A stretch of DNA of 64,000 bases from Bacteroides uniformis (GTDB lineage Bacteria > Bacillota_I > Bacilli_A > RFN20 > CAG-288), in NCBI GenBank assembly GCA_963600815.1, contig CAVCCX010000001.1, positions 39,001-103,000 of the forward strand, given 5' to 3'. How positions within the stretch are numbered: position 1 is the stretch's first letter; each line of letters opens with the position of its first letter. This document shows positions 1 through 10,132 of this stretch, in pieces. The notes beneath the pieces were generated by a model, which worked only from the letters and a program-made list of their open reading frames with translations, had not been told where the DNA came from and made no database searches. A program made the position numbers and the translations under genes.

Positions 1-1008
1 GTCTTCCAAGACAGAATAGATCTGGATGGTCAGGGAGACACCGCGGAGAGAGAAACTCTTCAGATTGTCCAAGGAAAGATCCTTGACCAAATATCTTGAT
101 TTTGAAACACCCTGCTTGATTGTCTGGCTCGAGGTGATGGAGAAATCATTGATGCTGATTTCCTCGATTGTCCCGTCATAGTATTCGAAACGGAAATAGG
201 CTGTCTGAACATTGGTGATGGCGGATTGGATTACAGACTTACCCGCAGTGATATCTTCTTCATTCTTCTTATAGATGCTGGCTTTTTTCTCCTGATACAA
301 TTCGGCAGTCGTATTGTTGTAGGTGACATCGAAGGTTGTATAGGGACCATAATTGTAGATGCCATCCAACGTCGCACTGAAATAGGGTTCAACATCCACA
401 CTGTTCGTTTTGGATAAATTGATTTTGCATTTATAGTTTTTATCCTTATCAATCGTCAGCTTTTTGTTTTCATCCGTCTTATAGCCGAAGATATTGTAGA
501 TGGTCAGATAATCGTTGCAGAATTCTTCTTCATCAGAAAAAACGAAATCAAAAGAGATTGTGATATACGTCTGTCCCATTTCCGTTCCGATGCCGTCAAA
601 AATATCGGTCGCGGATTTCAGGGGCAGTTCTTCTGCAACTTCCATGATTTCGTTTGTCGCCTTATCCTTTAAATTGTAAACTGCAACCAAAGGATAATAC
701 ATATCCTCATCCTTCGAACCATGATAACCTAAAATATAGCTTTCTTCGCTATCATCAACGTTGAAAGTGATGGTGAAGGACTGTGAATGATTTGTCTTTG
801 TCGGGTTTGTGATCTTGACGATGAAAGCATCATCGATATCCTTGATTTCCTTTGCTGAAGAATCATATATATCTTTTTGGGCATAGCGTACATTCTTGCC
901 ATCCTTCATTTCAAGGGCAGTGGAAGTTTGAGGAAGGCCCAATAAGATGCCAGAACAAAAACCTAACAATACACTCGTAAACAGTGTCCAAATCTTTCTC
1001 ATTTTCAT
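1..1008 (-). CDS. Hypothetical secreted protein or putative lipoprotein. It is partial in the window: the N-terminus is present and the C-terminus runs past position 1.
   Basis: An unbroken minus-strand frame runs from the ATG at about 1006-1008 to the window edge. It is absent from the ORF track because there is no stop in the window. The N-terminus MKMRKIWTLFTSVLLGFCSGILLG looks like a signal peptide with a Cys. An AAGGA RBS sits about 10 nt upstream. Confidence 0.5.
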   Translation of the reverse strand, partial: MKMRKIWTLFTSVLLGFCSGILLGLPQTSTALEMKDGKNVRYAQKDIYDSSAKEIKDIDDAFIVKITNPTKTNHSQSFTITFNVDDSEESYILGYHGSKDEDMYYPLVAVYNLKDKATNEIMEVAEELPLKSATDIFDGIGTEMGQTYITISFDFVFSDEEEFCNDYLTIYNIFGYKTDENKKLTIDKDKNYKCKINLSKTNSVDVEPYFSATLDGIYNYGPYTTFDVTYNNTTAELYQEKKASIYKKNEEDITAGKSVIQSAITNVQTAYFRFEYYDGTIEEISINDFSITSSQTIKQGVSKSRYLVKDLSLDNLKSFSLRGVSLTIQIYSVLED

Positions 1009-1173
1009 CGGTAAGTTATCCTTTTCGAAAAAATATCAGATTCATCCCGTCTCATTATTCTACCAAGAAGAAAAGTAGAACACAAATAAATATACTTGGT
1101 GAGCCCTTTCTTCATCTTTATTATACATTTTTCTTACATTTTTCAGCCATTTCGCATGAAACAGATTTCAGAA

Positions 1174-2205
1174 TCACTCATCCAGTCTGCTTTCGGAGAC
1201 AAACAAATGACTCACCCGTTCATCTTTTTCACGTTCGAGAGCAATCTCTGCAAGGGAGAAATAGATTTTGTCGTTCGTGATATCCAGATCATAGAGTTGC
1301 AACATATATTCCGGGAATGTCTGCTTCCCCTTGGTGAAGATCATCATCGTTGCCGAGACAAGAAGCGGAACACCCAGGGTGAAGAAAGACAGAAGAAGAA
1401 TGCCAAGAATATAGATTGCCTCATAAGCAAGAAAGCGTCCGGTCTTGATGGAAAGAAGAGAGGAATCCGCTTTTCCAATATGATAGATCAGCATGCCGAT
1501 GGTCTGTCTGTTTCTTCTGAAGATCAAAGGAGGGACAAGAAAGACAAGCACGGCAGCTAAGACAACGGCGACAGGCAATTCAACAAAGACCACCATATTC
1601 GACATGAACTTCGTCGATTCCATATATTTTGGAAAGCAGGAAAGAAGATAGCTTCGGCACTGATTATCCAGAAACGGCTGATAACAGACCTCATTATATA
1701 TTTTGTAGCTATCCGTCTGATTGAAACTAGGATTCAATATGATTTCCTCTCCCTCTTGGACAAAAAGGAAAACCCCATCCTTTTTCACTTCCAGTCGGAA
1801 GGAATCATAGGAGGCCTGAACAACCCTTCCATTCTCTATATTCTCCTCTTTCACAAAAGCGATGAAGGCAGAAATGATATCCTGATAGGTCGTCATCTTC
1901 TCTTTTGCGGAGATATCCTGGTTCGAATAGTAGCTGACCACATCATATCTCTCCTGATTGCTTTCGAGATATAGTCCGCTGTCGAGCATGATATGATCGA
2001 CATATTCCTTTCTTTCCTTATAGAAGGAAGTCGAGCTGATGATTCCTCTCATCATCAGAAAAAAGAGCAAGCCAAAAACGATGGCCAAGAGAAAATCGAC
2101 GAACTTGGAAAAGATTCTTCGCGACATCAAGGCTTTTTTGTATTGAATATGAATTCCTTCTTCTTTTTTTTCTTCCTTCATCGAATAAAGATCTTTTTCA
2201 GGCAT
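1174..2205 (-). CDS. RDD-family-like polytopic membrane protein with an insert of about 170 aa, probably extracytoplasmic, between TM1 and TM2.
   Basis: N-terminal R..FVD..L motif in the first TM helix (RRIFSKFVDFLLAIVFGL). C-terminal RQTIGMLIYHIGKAD...TGRFLAYEAIYIL resembles the RDD-domain core GQTLGK...R. Its stop overlaps the start of the upstream gene by 8 nt. Confidence 0.45.
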   Translation of the reverse strand: MPEKDLYSMKEEKKEEGIHIQYKKALMSRRIFSKFVDFLLAIVFGLLFFLMMRGIISSTSFYKERKEYVDHIMLDSGLYLESNQERYDVVSYYSNQDISAKEKMTTYQDIISAFIAFVKEENIENGRVVQASYDSFRLEVKKDGVFLFVQEGEEIILNPSFNQTDSYKIYNEVCYQPFLDNQCRSYLLSCFPKYMESTKFMSNMVVFVELPVAVVLAAVLVFLVPPLIFRRNRQTIGMLIYHIGKADSSLLSIKTGRFLAYEAIYILGILLLSFFTLGVPLLVSATMMIFTKGKQTFPEYMLQLYDLDITNDKIYFSLAEIALEREKDERVSHLFVSESRLDE

Positions 2206-3298
2206 GATCCACTTTGTATCCTTTTAATGTTGCGAGTTTTTCCAAATCGCCTTTCTTAATATAGCATGTTTTCGTCAATCGGTCTGATAAACCGATGCCA
2301 TAGGAATCAAAACAGAGATAGACGAATGAAATAAGAGACAGCACAGAACCGACAAGAGAACAGGTCAGAAGTCCGGGAATGGAGAAGAGGGTAGCAAATT
2401 CAATGAATAGCATCGGTAAGAAGATCATCAAAGAAAGGTTGAAGAAGAAATAAAAGAAGAAAGGAAGAATCCTCTCTTTTCTTTTCAGGACCTTCAGATT
2501 GTCCAATCCGACCTTCTCATATCCAAGTGCCATCATTGAGATTGTTTTCCCTCTTCTGGAGAGCATCGGAATCAAAAGAAAATAAACCAAGCAGCCAAGC
2601 GCATAAGAAATATAACAGTCAACAGAGAGAATCCCTCGATTCGTCTTCTCCAGTTTCGTATTCTCTTCCTTATAGGCGCGATAGGGATAAACAGGAGAGG
2701 AGGAATCCACTTTTTCATTTTGGAGAATATCTTCGATCATAGCGGAATAGAAATTTGGAAAGATAGAATTGATCAATCGTCGATAAACAGTTTCCCCTTT
2801 TGAGGAAAGAGTATCCTTGCTGTCCAATAATGGAGAAAGAAGATTCTGATATTCTTCCTTCAAGAAGACATCCTTGGAAATCTCGAAATAACCGTTTTTG
2901 TCATTCTTTTTATAAAAATCCAGGTAAGTCTGGTTCTCTTCTTTCATAATATCGACAAAATAATGATAAAAATAGTCATGTTTTTTTTCATGATTAAGAA
3001 AAGAAAGGACGAACTGATTTCCAGAATAGGTCAGAGAGGAGGTGAAGCTATCCTCTTCATTCTCTTTTTCGAGAAGCTGATTCTCAAAAAGGACATCCAC
3101 CATCCGCACCTGATTGTCATTGATTTTCTTTTCGTTCTCATCATATCCGGCAGCACTTCTTGATATCGGAAAAAGAAGGACAGAAAAAAAGAAAAGGGCA
3201 AGGAAGAAGTTCAGAAACAGGTCACAAAAATGAAGAAGGACTCTTCCTCCTTTTTTCAGCGGATGGATTTCGACATATTCAGGATTCATTTGACTCAT
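2198..3298 (-). CDS. RDD-family-like polytopic membrane protein, paralog of the 1174-2205 gene.
   Basis: Same architecture as its neighbour: an N-terminal TM helix (R..LLHFCDLFLNFFLAL), a long insert, then RRGKTISMMALGYEKVGLD plus further TM helices. It overlaps the SIR2-like gene by 4 nt. Confidence 0.45.
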   Translation of the reverse strand: MSQMNPEYVEIHPLKKGGRVLLHFCDLFLNFFLALFFFSVLLFPISRSAAGYDENEKKINDNQVRMVDVLFENQLLEKENEEDSFTSSLTYSGNQFVLSFLNHEKKHDYFYHYFVDIMKEENQTYLDFYKKNDKNGYFEISKDVFLKEEYQNLLSPLLDSKDTLSSKGETVYRRLINSIFPNFYSAMIEDILQNEKVDSSSPVYPYRAYKEENTKLEKTNRGILSVDCYISYALGCLVYFLLIPMLSRRGKTISMMALGYEKVGLDNLKVLKRKERILPFFFYFFFNLSLMIFLPMLFIEFATLFSIPGLLTCSLVGSVLSLISFVYLCFDSYGIGLSDRLTKTCYIKKGDLEKLATLKGYKVDHA

Positions 3299-4596
3299 AG
3301 TTGTTCAAGATAGGAACCGATTTCGCTGTATTCATCAATCCAGATGACAATCAGATCGAAGGTGAAGAAATAGGCTGTCAGATCCTTATAGACCGTCTCG
3401 GAATAGCCTTCGATCTTCTTTAGGAAGATGAAGTTGAATTTCATATAGTTGTTCGCCAGTTCGAGCAGTCTCTTCATATCCGGATCGGTCAATGAGATGC
3501 CGATGAAGATGCAGACATTGAACTTAAAGTCATGCAGCTGCTTGCTGATCGACCAGCTATAGGGATTATTATAGAGATAATAGTATTCGGATTCATTGAA
3601 AATCAAAGAATCCGTATATTTCTTCTCATCGTATTTGTCAAAAGGAAGAAGTCCATGCACATGATAGATATCCACTTTGGCTTCCTTGTCGACAAAGGAA
3701 TTGTCATCATAGACGACCGTATATCGTATCTGTCTCTTCTTGAGCAGGTATTCGAGATTCGTATCGTAATTGTAGGTGATGACACTCGTCTTGTTCTTCT
3801 TCTGAAGATAGTCGACCAATCGGTAGAGTGTCGCATCAGGATCGTCGAATCCTTTCGCTTCCTTGAAGAGATAGAGTTCCCGGTTTAAAGACTTATAGGA
3901 ATCAAAGCCCGATGTCTTCATAATCATAGAGGAGGTAAAGAGTTCCTTTCCGACATAGGTCTGGATTTCTTGGGCAAATTTGTAGTCTCCCTTATAGAAA
4001 TCATTGTTGAGGGAATCGAGCAGTTCCTGCCAGTTCTTGGCTCCATAATCCTGATTGATGCCAGCACCTAAGACCAGATCGACATTCAGTTTTGTCGTAT
4101 AAAGCCGGATCAGCCACAAGACAAAGGAAGAAGCCGAATCATTGATATTCTCATTCTTCTTGTCATGGGAAAGATGATAGAGAAGATCATCCGTCACGGA
4201 TGTCTTCTTCAAGTTGTAGCGATAGGAAACTTTCACACCTTCCATGAATCCGATGGCATAGAAATCCGAAGAGGAGAAATAGATATTCAGACTCGCCTCG
4301 GGAAGATAGAAGTCATAGTCCATGTTCTTCACCTTGACGATGTTGACATTGCCCATGACATCCATGTTCTCGGGATTGAACCTCGCCAGGGAAGGATAGA
4401 TATGCGCCACATATTTATGGATATGATCTTTCTTTGACCGCACGATGGCCTTGAAATTGCAGGTCGGGTCAAAATGGAATCCAAAAGACCGTAGCACAAT
4501 CGAGTCATAGGAAACATTGGAATGATAAAAAAGGAAGAGAAGAACCAAAAGTGCTTTTTTCTGAAAGATGTATTCGTCTTTTTTTGATTTGTCCAT
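3295..4596 (-). CDS. SIR2-like domain protein (SIR2_2/PF13289-like) with an N-terminal hydrophobic anchor.
   Basis: Three ordered motifs at appropriate spacing, typical of defence-type SIR2 domains: DLVLGAGINQDYGAKNWQELL (GAG), VITYNYDTNLEYLL (TNYD) and IYHVHGLLP (HG). The N-terminus ALLVLLFLFYHS is a signal/TM-like segment. This is the first gene of a three-gene overlapping operon. Confidence 0.5.
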   Translation of the reverse strand: MDKSKKDEYIFQKKALLVLLFLFYHSNVSYDSIVLRSFGFHFDPTCNFKAIVRSKKDHIHKYVAHIYPSLARFNPENMDVMGNVNIVKVKNMDYDFYLPEASLNIYFSSSDFYAIGFMEGVKVSYRYNLKKTSVTDDLLYHLSHDKKNENINDSASSFVLWLIRLYTTKLNVDLVLGAGINQDYGAKNWQELLDSLNNDFYKGDYKFAQEIQTYVGKELFTSSMIMKTSGFDSYKSLNRELYLFKEAKGFDDPDATLYRLVDYLQKKNKTSVITYNYDTNLEYLLKKRQIRYTVVYDDNSFVDKEAKVDIYHVHGLLPFDKYDEKKYTDSLIFNESEYYYLYNNPYSWSISKQLHDFKFNVCIFIGISLTDPDMKRLLELANNYMKFNFIFLKKIEGYSETVYKDLTAYFFTFDLIVIWIDEYSEIGSYLEQL

Positions 4597-4637
4597 AGAA
4601 AAGATCCCTTCAATATTATAAAAGGAAAGATAAAAAA

Positions 4638-4672
4638 ATCCTACCCCTTGATCAGAGAGGTAGGATAATTTT
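4638..4672 (-). terminator. Rho-independent terminator downstream of tuf.
   Basis: Hairpin ATCCTACCTCTC..GGGTAGGAT followed by a T-tract on the minus strand, immediately 3' of the tuf stop. Confidence 0.5.
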
Positions 4673-4693
4673 CAAAATCTGGAAATCTCGAGA

Positions 4694-5878
4694 TTAGTCG
4701 ATGATTTCGGAGACAGTTCCGGCACCGACGGTGTGACCACCTTCACGGATAGAGAACTTGGTCTGGTTTTCCAAAGCGATAGGATGGATGAGTTCGACAG
4801 TGAGCTCAACGTTATCACCAGGCATAACCATCTGAACATCAGCAGGAAGAGTGACAGTTCCAGTGACATCGGTTGTACGGAAGTAGAACTGAGGTCTGTA
4901 GTTGTTGGTGAAAGCAGTATGACGTCCACCTTCTTCCTTCTTCAGGACGTAGACCTGACCCTTGAACTTCTTGTGTGGAGTGACGGATCCAGGTTTGCAG
5001 ATGACCTGACCACGGACGATCTGATCACGATCGACACCTCTCAACAAGGCACCGATGTTATCACCAGCCTCGGCGAAGTCAAGGATCTTACGGAACATTT
5101 CCATAGAGGTGCAGACGCACTTTCTGGTGTCCATGATACCGACGATTTCGACTTCATCATTCGGCTTGAGCATACCACGTTCGACTCTACCAGTGGCAAC
5201 AGTACCACGGCCAGTGATGGTCATGACATCTTCGACAGCCATCAAGAATGGCTTATCGTTGTCACGGACAGGATCCGGGATGTAGGAATCAACAGCATCC
5301 ATCAATTCCATGACGGAACCTTCCCACTTTTCTTCGCCATTGAGGGCGCCCAAAGCGGAACCACGGACGACAGGGAGTTCATCTCCAGGGAAGTTATACT
5401 TGTTGAGCAATTCACGGACATCCATTTCGACAAGGTCGATCAATTCCGGATCATCGACCATATCGCACTTGTTGAGGAAGACGACGATGTAAGGAACACC
5501 GACCTGACGGGCAAGCAAAACGTGCTCTCTGGTCTGTGGCATAACACCATCCGTAGCGGCGACAACAAGGATAGCACCATCCATCTGAGCGGCACCGGTG
5601 ATCATGTTCTTGATGTAGTCAGCATGGCCTGGGCAGTCGACATGGGTGTAATGTCTTGTAGCAGTATCGTATTCGATGTGAGCAGCATTGATGGTGACAC
5701 CACGAGCTTTCTCTTCTGGTGCGGCATCAATCTGAGAATAGTCCATAGCCTGGGAAAGACCCTTCTTGGCAAGGACGTGGGTAATAGCGGCAGTCAAAGT
5801 GGTTTTGCCGTGATCGACGTGACCGATTGTACCGATGTTGACATTCGGTTTGGAACGGTCGAACTTCTGTTTAGCCAT
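4694..5878 (-). CDS. tuf: Elongation factor Tu.
   Basis: [32 protein letters not shown]..., full-length 394 aa with canonical G-domain motifs. Confidence 0.97.
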   Translation of the reverse strand: MAKQKFDRSKPNVNIGTIGHVDHGKTTLTAAITHVLAKKGLSQAMDYSQIDAAPEEKARGVTINAAHIEYDTATRHYTHVDCPGHADYIKNMITGAAQMDGAILVVAATDGVMPQTREHVLLARQVGVPYIVVFLNKCDMVDDPELIDLVEMDVRELLNKYNFPGDELPVVRGSALGALNGEEKWEGSVMELMDAVDSYIPDPVRDNDKPFLMAVEDVMTITGRGTVATGRVERGMLKPNDEVEIVGIMDTRKCVCTSMEMFRKILDFAEAGDNIGALLRGVDRDQIVRGQVICKPGSVTPHKKFKGQVYVLKKEEGGRHTAFTNNYRPQFYFRTTDVTGTVTLPADVQMVMPGDNVELTVELIHPIALENQTKFSIREGGHTVGAGTVSEIID

Positions 5879-5956
5879 AATTTAAATTTCCTCCAAATTT
5901 GATTCTAAATGACTATACACTTTTTGATTCTTATTTTCAAGAAGAGAGGAGGTGTT

Positions 5957-8089
5957 TTAACCTCTCTTCTTGATAATTTCTTCCTGGACAGATGCCGGAA
6001 CTTTCTGATAATTCGAGAATTCCATGGTGTAGATACCTCTACCCTGGGTCATGGAACGAAGATCAGAAATGTAACCGAACATGTTGGCGAGCGGAATCTT
6101 GGCAGTGATGACCTGGGCATTGGCCTTCTGGACCATGCCTTCGACCATACCACGGCGAGACGAGACATCGCCCATGACAGTTCCGACGTAGTCGAGAGGT
6201 GTCGTGATTTCAGCCTTGACGATTGGTTCAAGGATGATCGGATGGCACTTCTTGGCAGCGACTTTCAGGGCTTCCTGGGAAGCGAGCTTGTAGGCAGCTT
6301 CGGAAGAGTCGACATCATGATAGGAACCATAATGCAAGGTGGCCTTGACATCGATGACTGGATATCCGGCAACCATACCACGCTGGAAAGCATCGTTAAG
6401 ACCATCGATAGACGGCTTGATGAATTCCTTGGGGATGACACCACCGGTGATGGCATCGACAATTTCGTTGCCCTTTCCAGTGTTGGGTTCCATCTTGAAG
6501 ACGACGTGACCATACTGACCATGACCACCGGACTGCTTGATGTACTTACCTTCGCAGTCAGCGGCCTGCTCGATGGTTTCACGATAGGCAACCTGCGGAG
6601 CACCGACTCTGGTTTCGATGCCGAAGTCATTCTTCAGACGGGTGACATTGACATCCAACTGGAGTTCGCCGACACCGGCGATGATGCCCTGACCGGTTTC
6701 CTGATCGGTGTAGTAATGGAAGGTCGGATCTTCTTCGGTGAACTTGACAAGCAAGGCAGCCATTTTGTCCTGATCGCCTTTCTTGACAGGTTCGATGGCT
6801 TCGGAGATGACCGGTTCCTGGAACTTGATGGACTCAAGCTGGACAAGCGGATCGCCTTCGCCGACAATCGTATCACCGGTACGGGTGGCCTGGAAGCCGA
6901 CAGCAGCGGCGATTTCACCGGCCTTGGCTTCGGTGATGTTCTCGTGGGAATCGGCATTGACCAATTCGAGACGGGAAACTCTTTCCTTCACGCCCTTACG
7001 GACGTTGTAGACATAAGAACCGGACTTGACAGTACCGGAATAGATTCTGAAGAAGCAGAGGGTACCAAACTGGTCGGTGGTCAATTTGAAGGCCAAAGCG
7101 ACGAATGGAGCCTTTGGATCGACAGAGAGGACAACTTCGCCACCCTCTTTGTTGAGAGCGACCGGAGCCGGGACATCGAGCGGGGATGGGAGATAGTCAC
7201 GGACAGCGTCCAAGACATACTGAACACCCTTATTCTTGTAGGCGGAGCCAGGGATGGCCGGGAAGATCTTGCCGGCGATGACTTCCTTACGGATGGCGGC
7301 CTTGATTTCTTCGACTGTTGGGGTCTCTTCCATCAAGAGCTTCTCCATCAAAGTATCATCGTTGTTGGCAAGGTTTTCGATCATGATCTGATGATAGACC
7401 TTGGCCTGTTCGACATCGTGCTGGAAATCAGCAAGGAGCGGACTATCCAGATCAACGATGTTTGGCTGCATCTGTTCAGACTTTTTCGGATCGTGATCCC
7501 AGAGCCAGGCCTTCATTTCGACCAAGTCGATAAGACCGAGCAAAGTCTGGGAAATACCGACTGGGTAGGCGATGGCGCAGCCATTGGCACCCAATCTCTC
7601 CTTGATGGAAGCGACGGACATTTCATAGTCGGCGCCGGTGGCATCAAGTTTGTTGACGAAGACAATACGTGGAACGTTGTACTTGTCGGCCTGTCTCCAG
7701 ACAGTTTCGGTCTGCGGTTCAACGCCGTTCTTTCCGTCGAGAACGCAGACAGCACCATCGAGAACACGGAGAGATCTTTCAACCTCAGCGGTGAAGTCGA
7801 CGTGTCCAGGAGTGTCGATCAAGTTGATACGATAGTCCTTCCACATACAGGTGGTCGCAGCGGAGTAAATGGTGATACCACGCTTCTGTTCCTGTTCGTT
7901 GAAGTCCATAGCGGAAGCGCCGTCGTGGGTTTCACCGATCTTGTGGGTTTTTCCAGTATAGAAGAGAATACGCTCACTCGTCGTGGTTTTACCGGCATCG
8001 ATGTGAGCCATGATACCGATGTTTCTAACTCTTTCAAGCGGGGTAGCTTCGTACTTGGCTACCATCGCCTGGTCGTTATCCATTGCCAT
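5957..8089 (-). CDS. fusA: Elongation factor G.
   Basis: RNIGIMAHIDAGKTTTSERILFYTGK... over 710 aa. The first ATG is preceded by AAAGGAGA with a 7-nt spacer. Confidence 0.95.
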   Translation of the reverse strand: MAMDNDQAMVAKYEATPLERVRNIGIMAHIDAGKTTTSERILFYTGKTHKIGETHDGASAMDFNEQEQKRGITIYSAATTCMWKDYRINLIDTPGHVDFTAEVERSLRVLDGAVCVLDGKNGVEPQTETVWRQADKYNVPRIVFVNKLDATGADYEMSVASIKERLGANGCAIAYPVGISQTLLGLIDLVEMKAWLWDHDPKKSEQMQPNIVDLDSPLLADFQHDVEQAKVYHQIMIENLANNDDTLMEKLLMEETPTVEEIKAAIRKEVIAGKIFPAIPGSAYKNKGVQYVLDAVRDYLPSPLDVPAPVALNKEGGEVVLSVDPKAPFVALAFKLTTDQFGTLCFFRIYSGTVKSGSYVYNVRKGVKERVSRLELVNADSHENITEAKAGEIAAAVGFQATRTGDTIVGEGDPLVQLESIKFQEPVISEAIEPVKKGDQDKMAALLVKFTEEDPTFHYYTDQETGQGIIAGVGELQLDVNVTRLKNDFGIETRVGAPQVAYRETIEQAADCEGKYIKQSGGHGQYGHVVFKMEPNTGKGNEIVDAITGGVIPKEFIKPSIDGLNDAFQRGMVAGYPVIDVKATLHYGSYHDVDSSEAAYKLASQEALKVAAKKCHPIILEPIVKAEITTPLDYVGTVMGDVSSRRGMVEGMVQKANAQVITAKIPLANMFGYISDLRSMTQGRGIYTMEFSNYQKVPASVQEEIIKKRG

Positions 8090-8125
8090 AGTGTTTCTCC
8101 TTTAATTATGGTTACGTAACTTCAA

Positions 8126-8599
8126 TTACCAACGATAGTGGGCATAAGCCTGGTTGGCCTGTGCTGTCTTGTGCATATCTTCCTTACGCTTGACAGCCTG
8201 ACCAGTGCCATTGGCAGCATCGATGATTTCTTCAGCGAGCTTGTCAGTCATGGTCTTGCCCGAGCGAAGACGGGCGAAGGTAACCAACCAACGGAGACCG
8301 AGGGTGACCTTTCTTTCCGGTGTGACTTCGACAGGGACCTGATAGTTGGAAGCACCGACTCTTCTAGCCTTCAATTCGACTTCAGGCATGATGTTGCCCA
8401 AAGCGATTTCGAAAACTTCGAGAGCTGGCTTTCCGGTCTTCTTTTCGACCTTTTCGAAAGCACCATAGAGAATGGTCTGGGCAGTGCCCTTCTTACCATC
8501 GAGCATGATGCGGTTGATCAATCTGGTAACCAACTTGGAGTTATAGATTGGATCGGGTAAAACGTCTCTTTTTTCAACTGAACCGTTCTTTCTAGGCAT
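8126..8599 (-). CDS. rpsG: 30S ribosomal protein S7.
   Basis: [38 protein letters not shown]..., 157 aa. Confidence 0.95.
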   Translation of the reverse strand: MPRKNGSVEKRDVLPDPIYNSKLVTRLINRIMLDGKKGTAQTILYGAFEKVEKKTGKPALEVFEIALGNIMPEVELKARRVGASNYQVPVEVTPERKVTLGLRWLVTFARLRSGKTMTDKLAEEIIDAANGTGQAVKRKEDMHKTAQANQAYAHYRW

Positions 8600-8612
8600 T
8601 GTGGTTTACTCC

Positions 8613-9038
8613 TTACTTCTTCTGGATGCTTCCATCTTTCTTGGTTCCGTATAAGGATCTACCCTGTTTACGGTTCTCGACGCCAAAGCATTCCATAGCG
8701 CCACGGACGATGTGGTATCTGACACCTGGAAGGTCGCGGACACGGCCACCACGGATCAAGACAACCTTGTGCTCCTGAAGGTTATGACCTTCACCGCCGA
8801 TATAGGCTGTGACTTCATAGCCATTGGAGAGTCTGACTCTGGCGTACTTACGAGCAGCAGAGTTCGGCTTCTTCGGAGTCATCGTACCAACACGGGTGCA
8901 AACACCCTTCTTCTGAGGAGCAGCAATAGACTTCTCCTTTTTGTTAAGAGAATCGAATCTCTTTCCGAGAGCAGGAGCCTTGGATTTGTAAAGCGGGTTC
9001 TGTCTCTCTTTTCTGACCAACTGGTTAATAGTAGGCAT
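8613..9038 (-). CDS. rpsL: 30S ribosomal protein S12.
   Basis: [13 protein letters not shown]...[35 protein letters not shown], 141 aa. Confidence 0.95.
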   Translation of the reverse strand: MPTINQLVRKERQNPLYKSKAPALGKRFDSLNKKEKSIAAPQKKGVCTRVGTMTPKKPNSAARKYARVRLSNGYEVTAYIGGEGHNLQEHKVVLIRGGRVRDLPGVRYHIVRGAMECFGVENRKQGRSLYGTKKDGSIQKK

Positions 9039-9141
9039 TTTCTTCCCTCCGGATTTTTTATAAATAACCTATCCACATTACCGGGTGTTTCCAACTCTTC
9101 CCATAAAAAGAGCGGGCTTGGCCCGTAACGTGACGTTATGA

Positions 9142-9170
9142 ATTATACTCACCTGAAATCCACTTGTCAA
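9142..9170 (-). promoter_or_regulatory. Consensus sigma-A promoter of the str operon (rpsL-rpsG-fusA-tuf).
   Basis: On the minus strand, TTGACA, a 17-nt spacer, then TATAAT (TTGACAagtggatttcaggtgagTATAAT). Both hexamers are perfect. It lies about 100 nt upstream of rpsL. Confidence 0.6.
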
Positions 9171-9221
9171 AGGTTTTTTTCACTTTTTGACACGCCCGGT
9201 CTTGTTGACCATATTCCAGGC

Positions 9222-9248
9222 AAAAGAAAAGGTGGCCGGATGGCCACC
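9222..9248 (-). terminator. Rho-independent terminator after the BI-1-like gene.
   Basis: GGTGGCCATCCGGCCACC hairpin followed by TTTTCTTTT on the minus strand, just 3' of the stop at 9253. Confidence 0.55.
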
Positions 9249-9252
9249 CTAT

Positions 9253-10026
9253 TTAGTTTCTGTTCTTGGCAAGAAGAAGATAGTAGACGATGCGGATGAA
9301 GAGCCAGATGAAGTCAACATAGATTGTGAAGGCGCAATAGACGGCAAGATTGTTTCCATTGTCGAAGCCACCTTTCTCGGCAATCCTATTGATATTATGC
9401 ATATCGAGGATGGTCGAGATGATCATCACGCCGAACAAGACGAAGTCGAGAATCAGATAAATCGTATTCGAGCCGATGAAGATATTGACCAAGGAAATGA
9501 CAAGAATGCCAGCGAGAATAGAGAAGAGAATCGGATAGACGATCTTCAGATTCGAATTCTTCGTCAAGGCGCCGATCAATCCACAGACTAAGAAAATTCC
9601 GCCGGTGATGAAGAAGGCAAGATAGATGGTGTTGAGTCCTTCACCCGAGCCGATGAAGAGCAGGATGAGGGAAGAGAGAAGAACGCCCATGCATAAGGAA
9701 TAGATGATATAGGATGTGATCATCACAGGGAAATTCTTTCTGAATCCCTGCACATTGATGATGATGAAGGCGGGAATCATCAGCACGATCGAACCGATCA
9801 ATAATCCGACATAGACATTGGCTAGAGCATCCACCGATGCACCATCCTTTGCCGCAAGTGCGCCGAAGAGATAGGGCAAGGCGAAGGAAACGACACCGGT
9901 GATCAATAATCCAAGAGCAAACCACAGATAGACTTTGACAAGAGACAGGGTCGTCGACTGCTTTTCATTTGGCATCGCCTTTTCCGTCTTTGTTGTTTTG
10001 TCAGGCTGAAACGAAAAATGTTCCAT
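9253..10026 (-). CDS. Bax-inhibitor-1/YccA-family membrane protein.
   Basis: About 7 predicted TM helices, 257 aa. N-terminal VYLWFALGLL and a C-terminal YVDFIWLFIRIV motif typical of the BI-1/YetJ family. Confidence 0.55.
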   Translation of the reverse strand: MEHFSFQPDKTTKTEKAMPNEKQSTTLSLVKVYLWFALGLLITGVVSFALPYLFGALAAKDGASVDALANVYVGLLIGSIVLMIPAFIIINVQGFRKNFPVMITSYIIYSLCMGVLLSSLILLFIGSGEGLNTIYLAFFITGGIFLVCGLIGALTKNSNLKIVYPILFSILAGILVISLVNIFIGSNTIYLILDFVLFGVMIISTILDMHNINRIAEKGGFDNGNNLAVYCAFTIYVDFIWLFIRIVYYLLLAKNRN

Positions 10027-10102
10027 AAAAGAGTACCTCCTTTTCGAGTAGAACCATTATATACAAAATCACCTCGAAAATATATATTTGTGCAATATTT
10101 AG

Positions 10103-10127
10103 AAAAAAACTGCCCGAAGGCAGTTTT
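10103..10127 (-). terminator. Rho-independent terminator after tpiA.
   Basis: AAAACTGCCttcgGGCAGTTTTTTT on the minus strand, immediately 3' of the tpiA stop. Confidence 0.55.
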
Positions 10128-10132
10128 GCAGA

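Noticed and set aside
984-1560. Plus-strand ORFs (98 and 154 aa) spanning the end of the partial lipoprotein gene and the RDD-like gene.
   Set aside because: They overlap well-supported minus-strand coding sequence and have no RBS or motif. The true feature at 1-1008 is a minus-strand frame open to the window edge.
4733-8119. Very long plus-strand ORFs (389 aa and 736 aa) antisense to tuf and fusA.
   Set aside because: They mirror highly expressed, strongly codon-biased minus-strand genes. Their translations are low-complexity (D/S/T/G-rich), with no motifs and no RBS. They are stop-codon-free shadows of the real genes.
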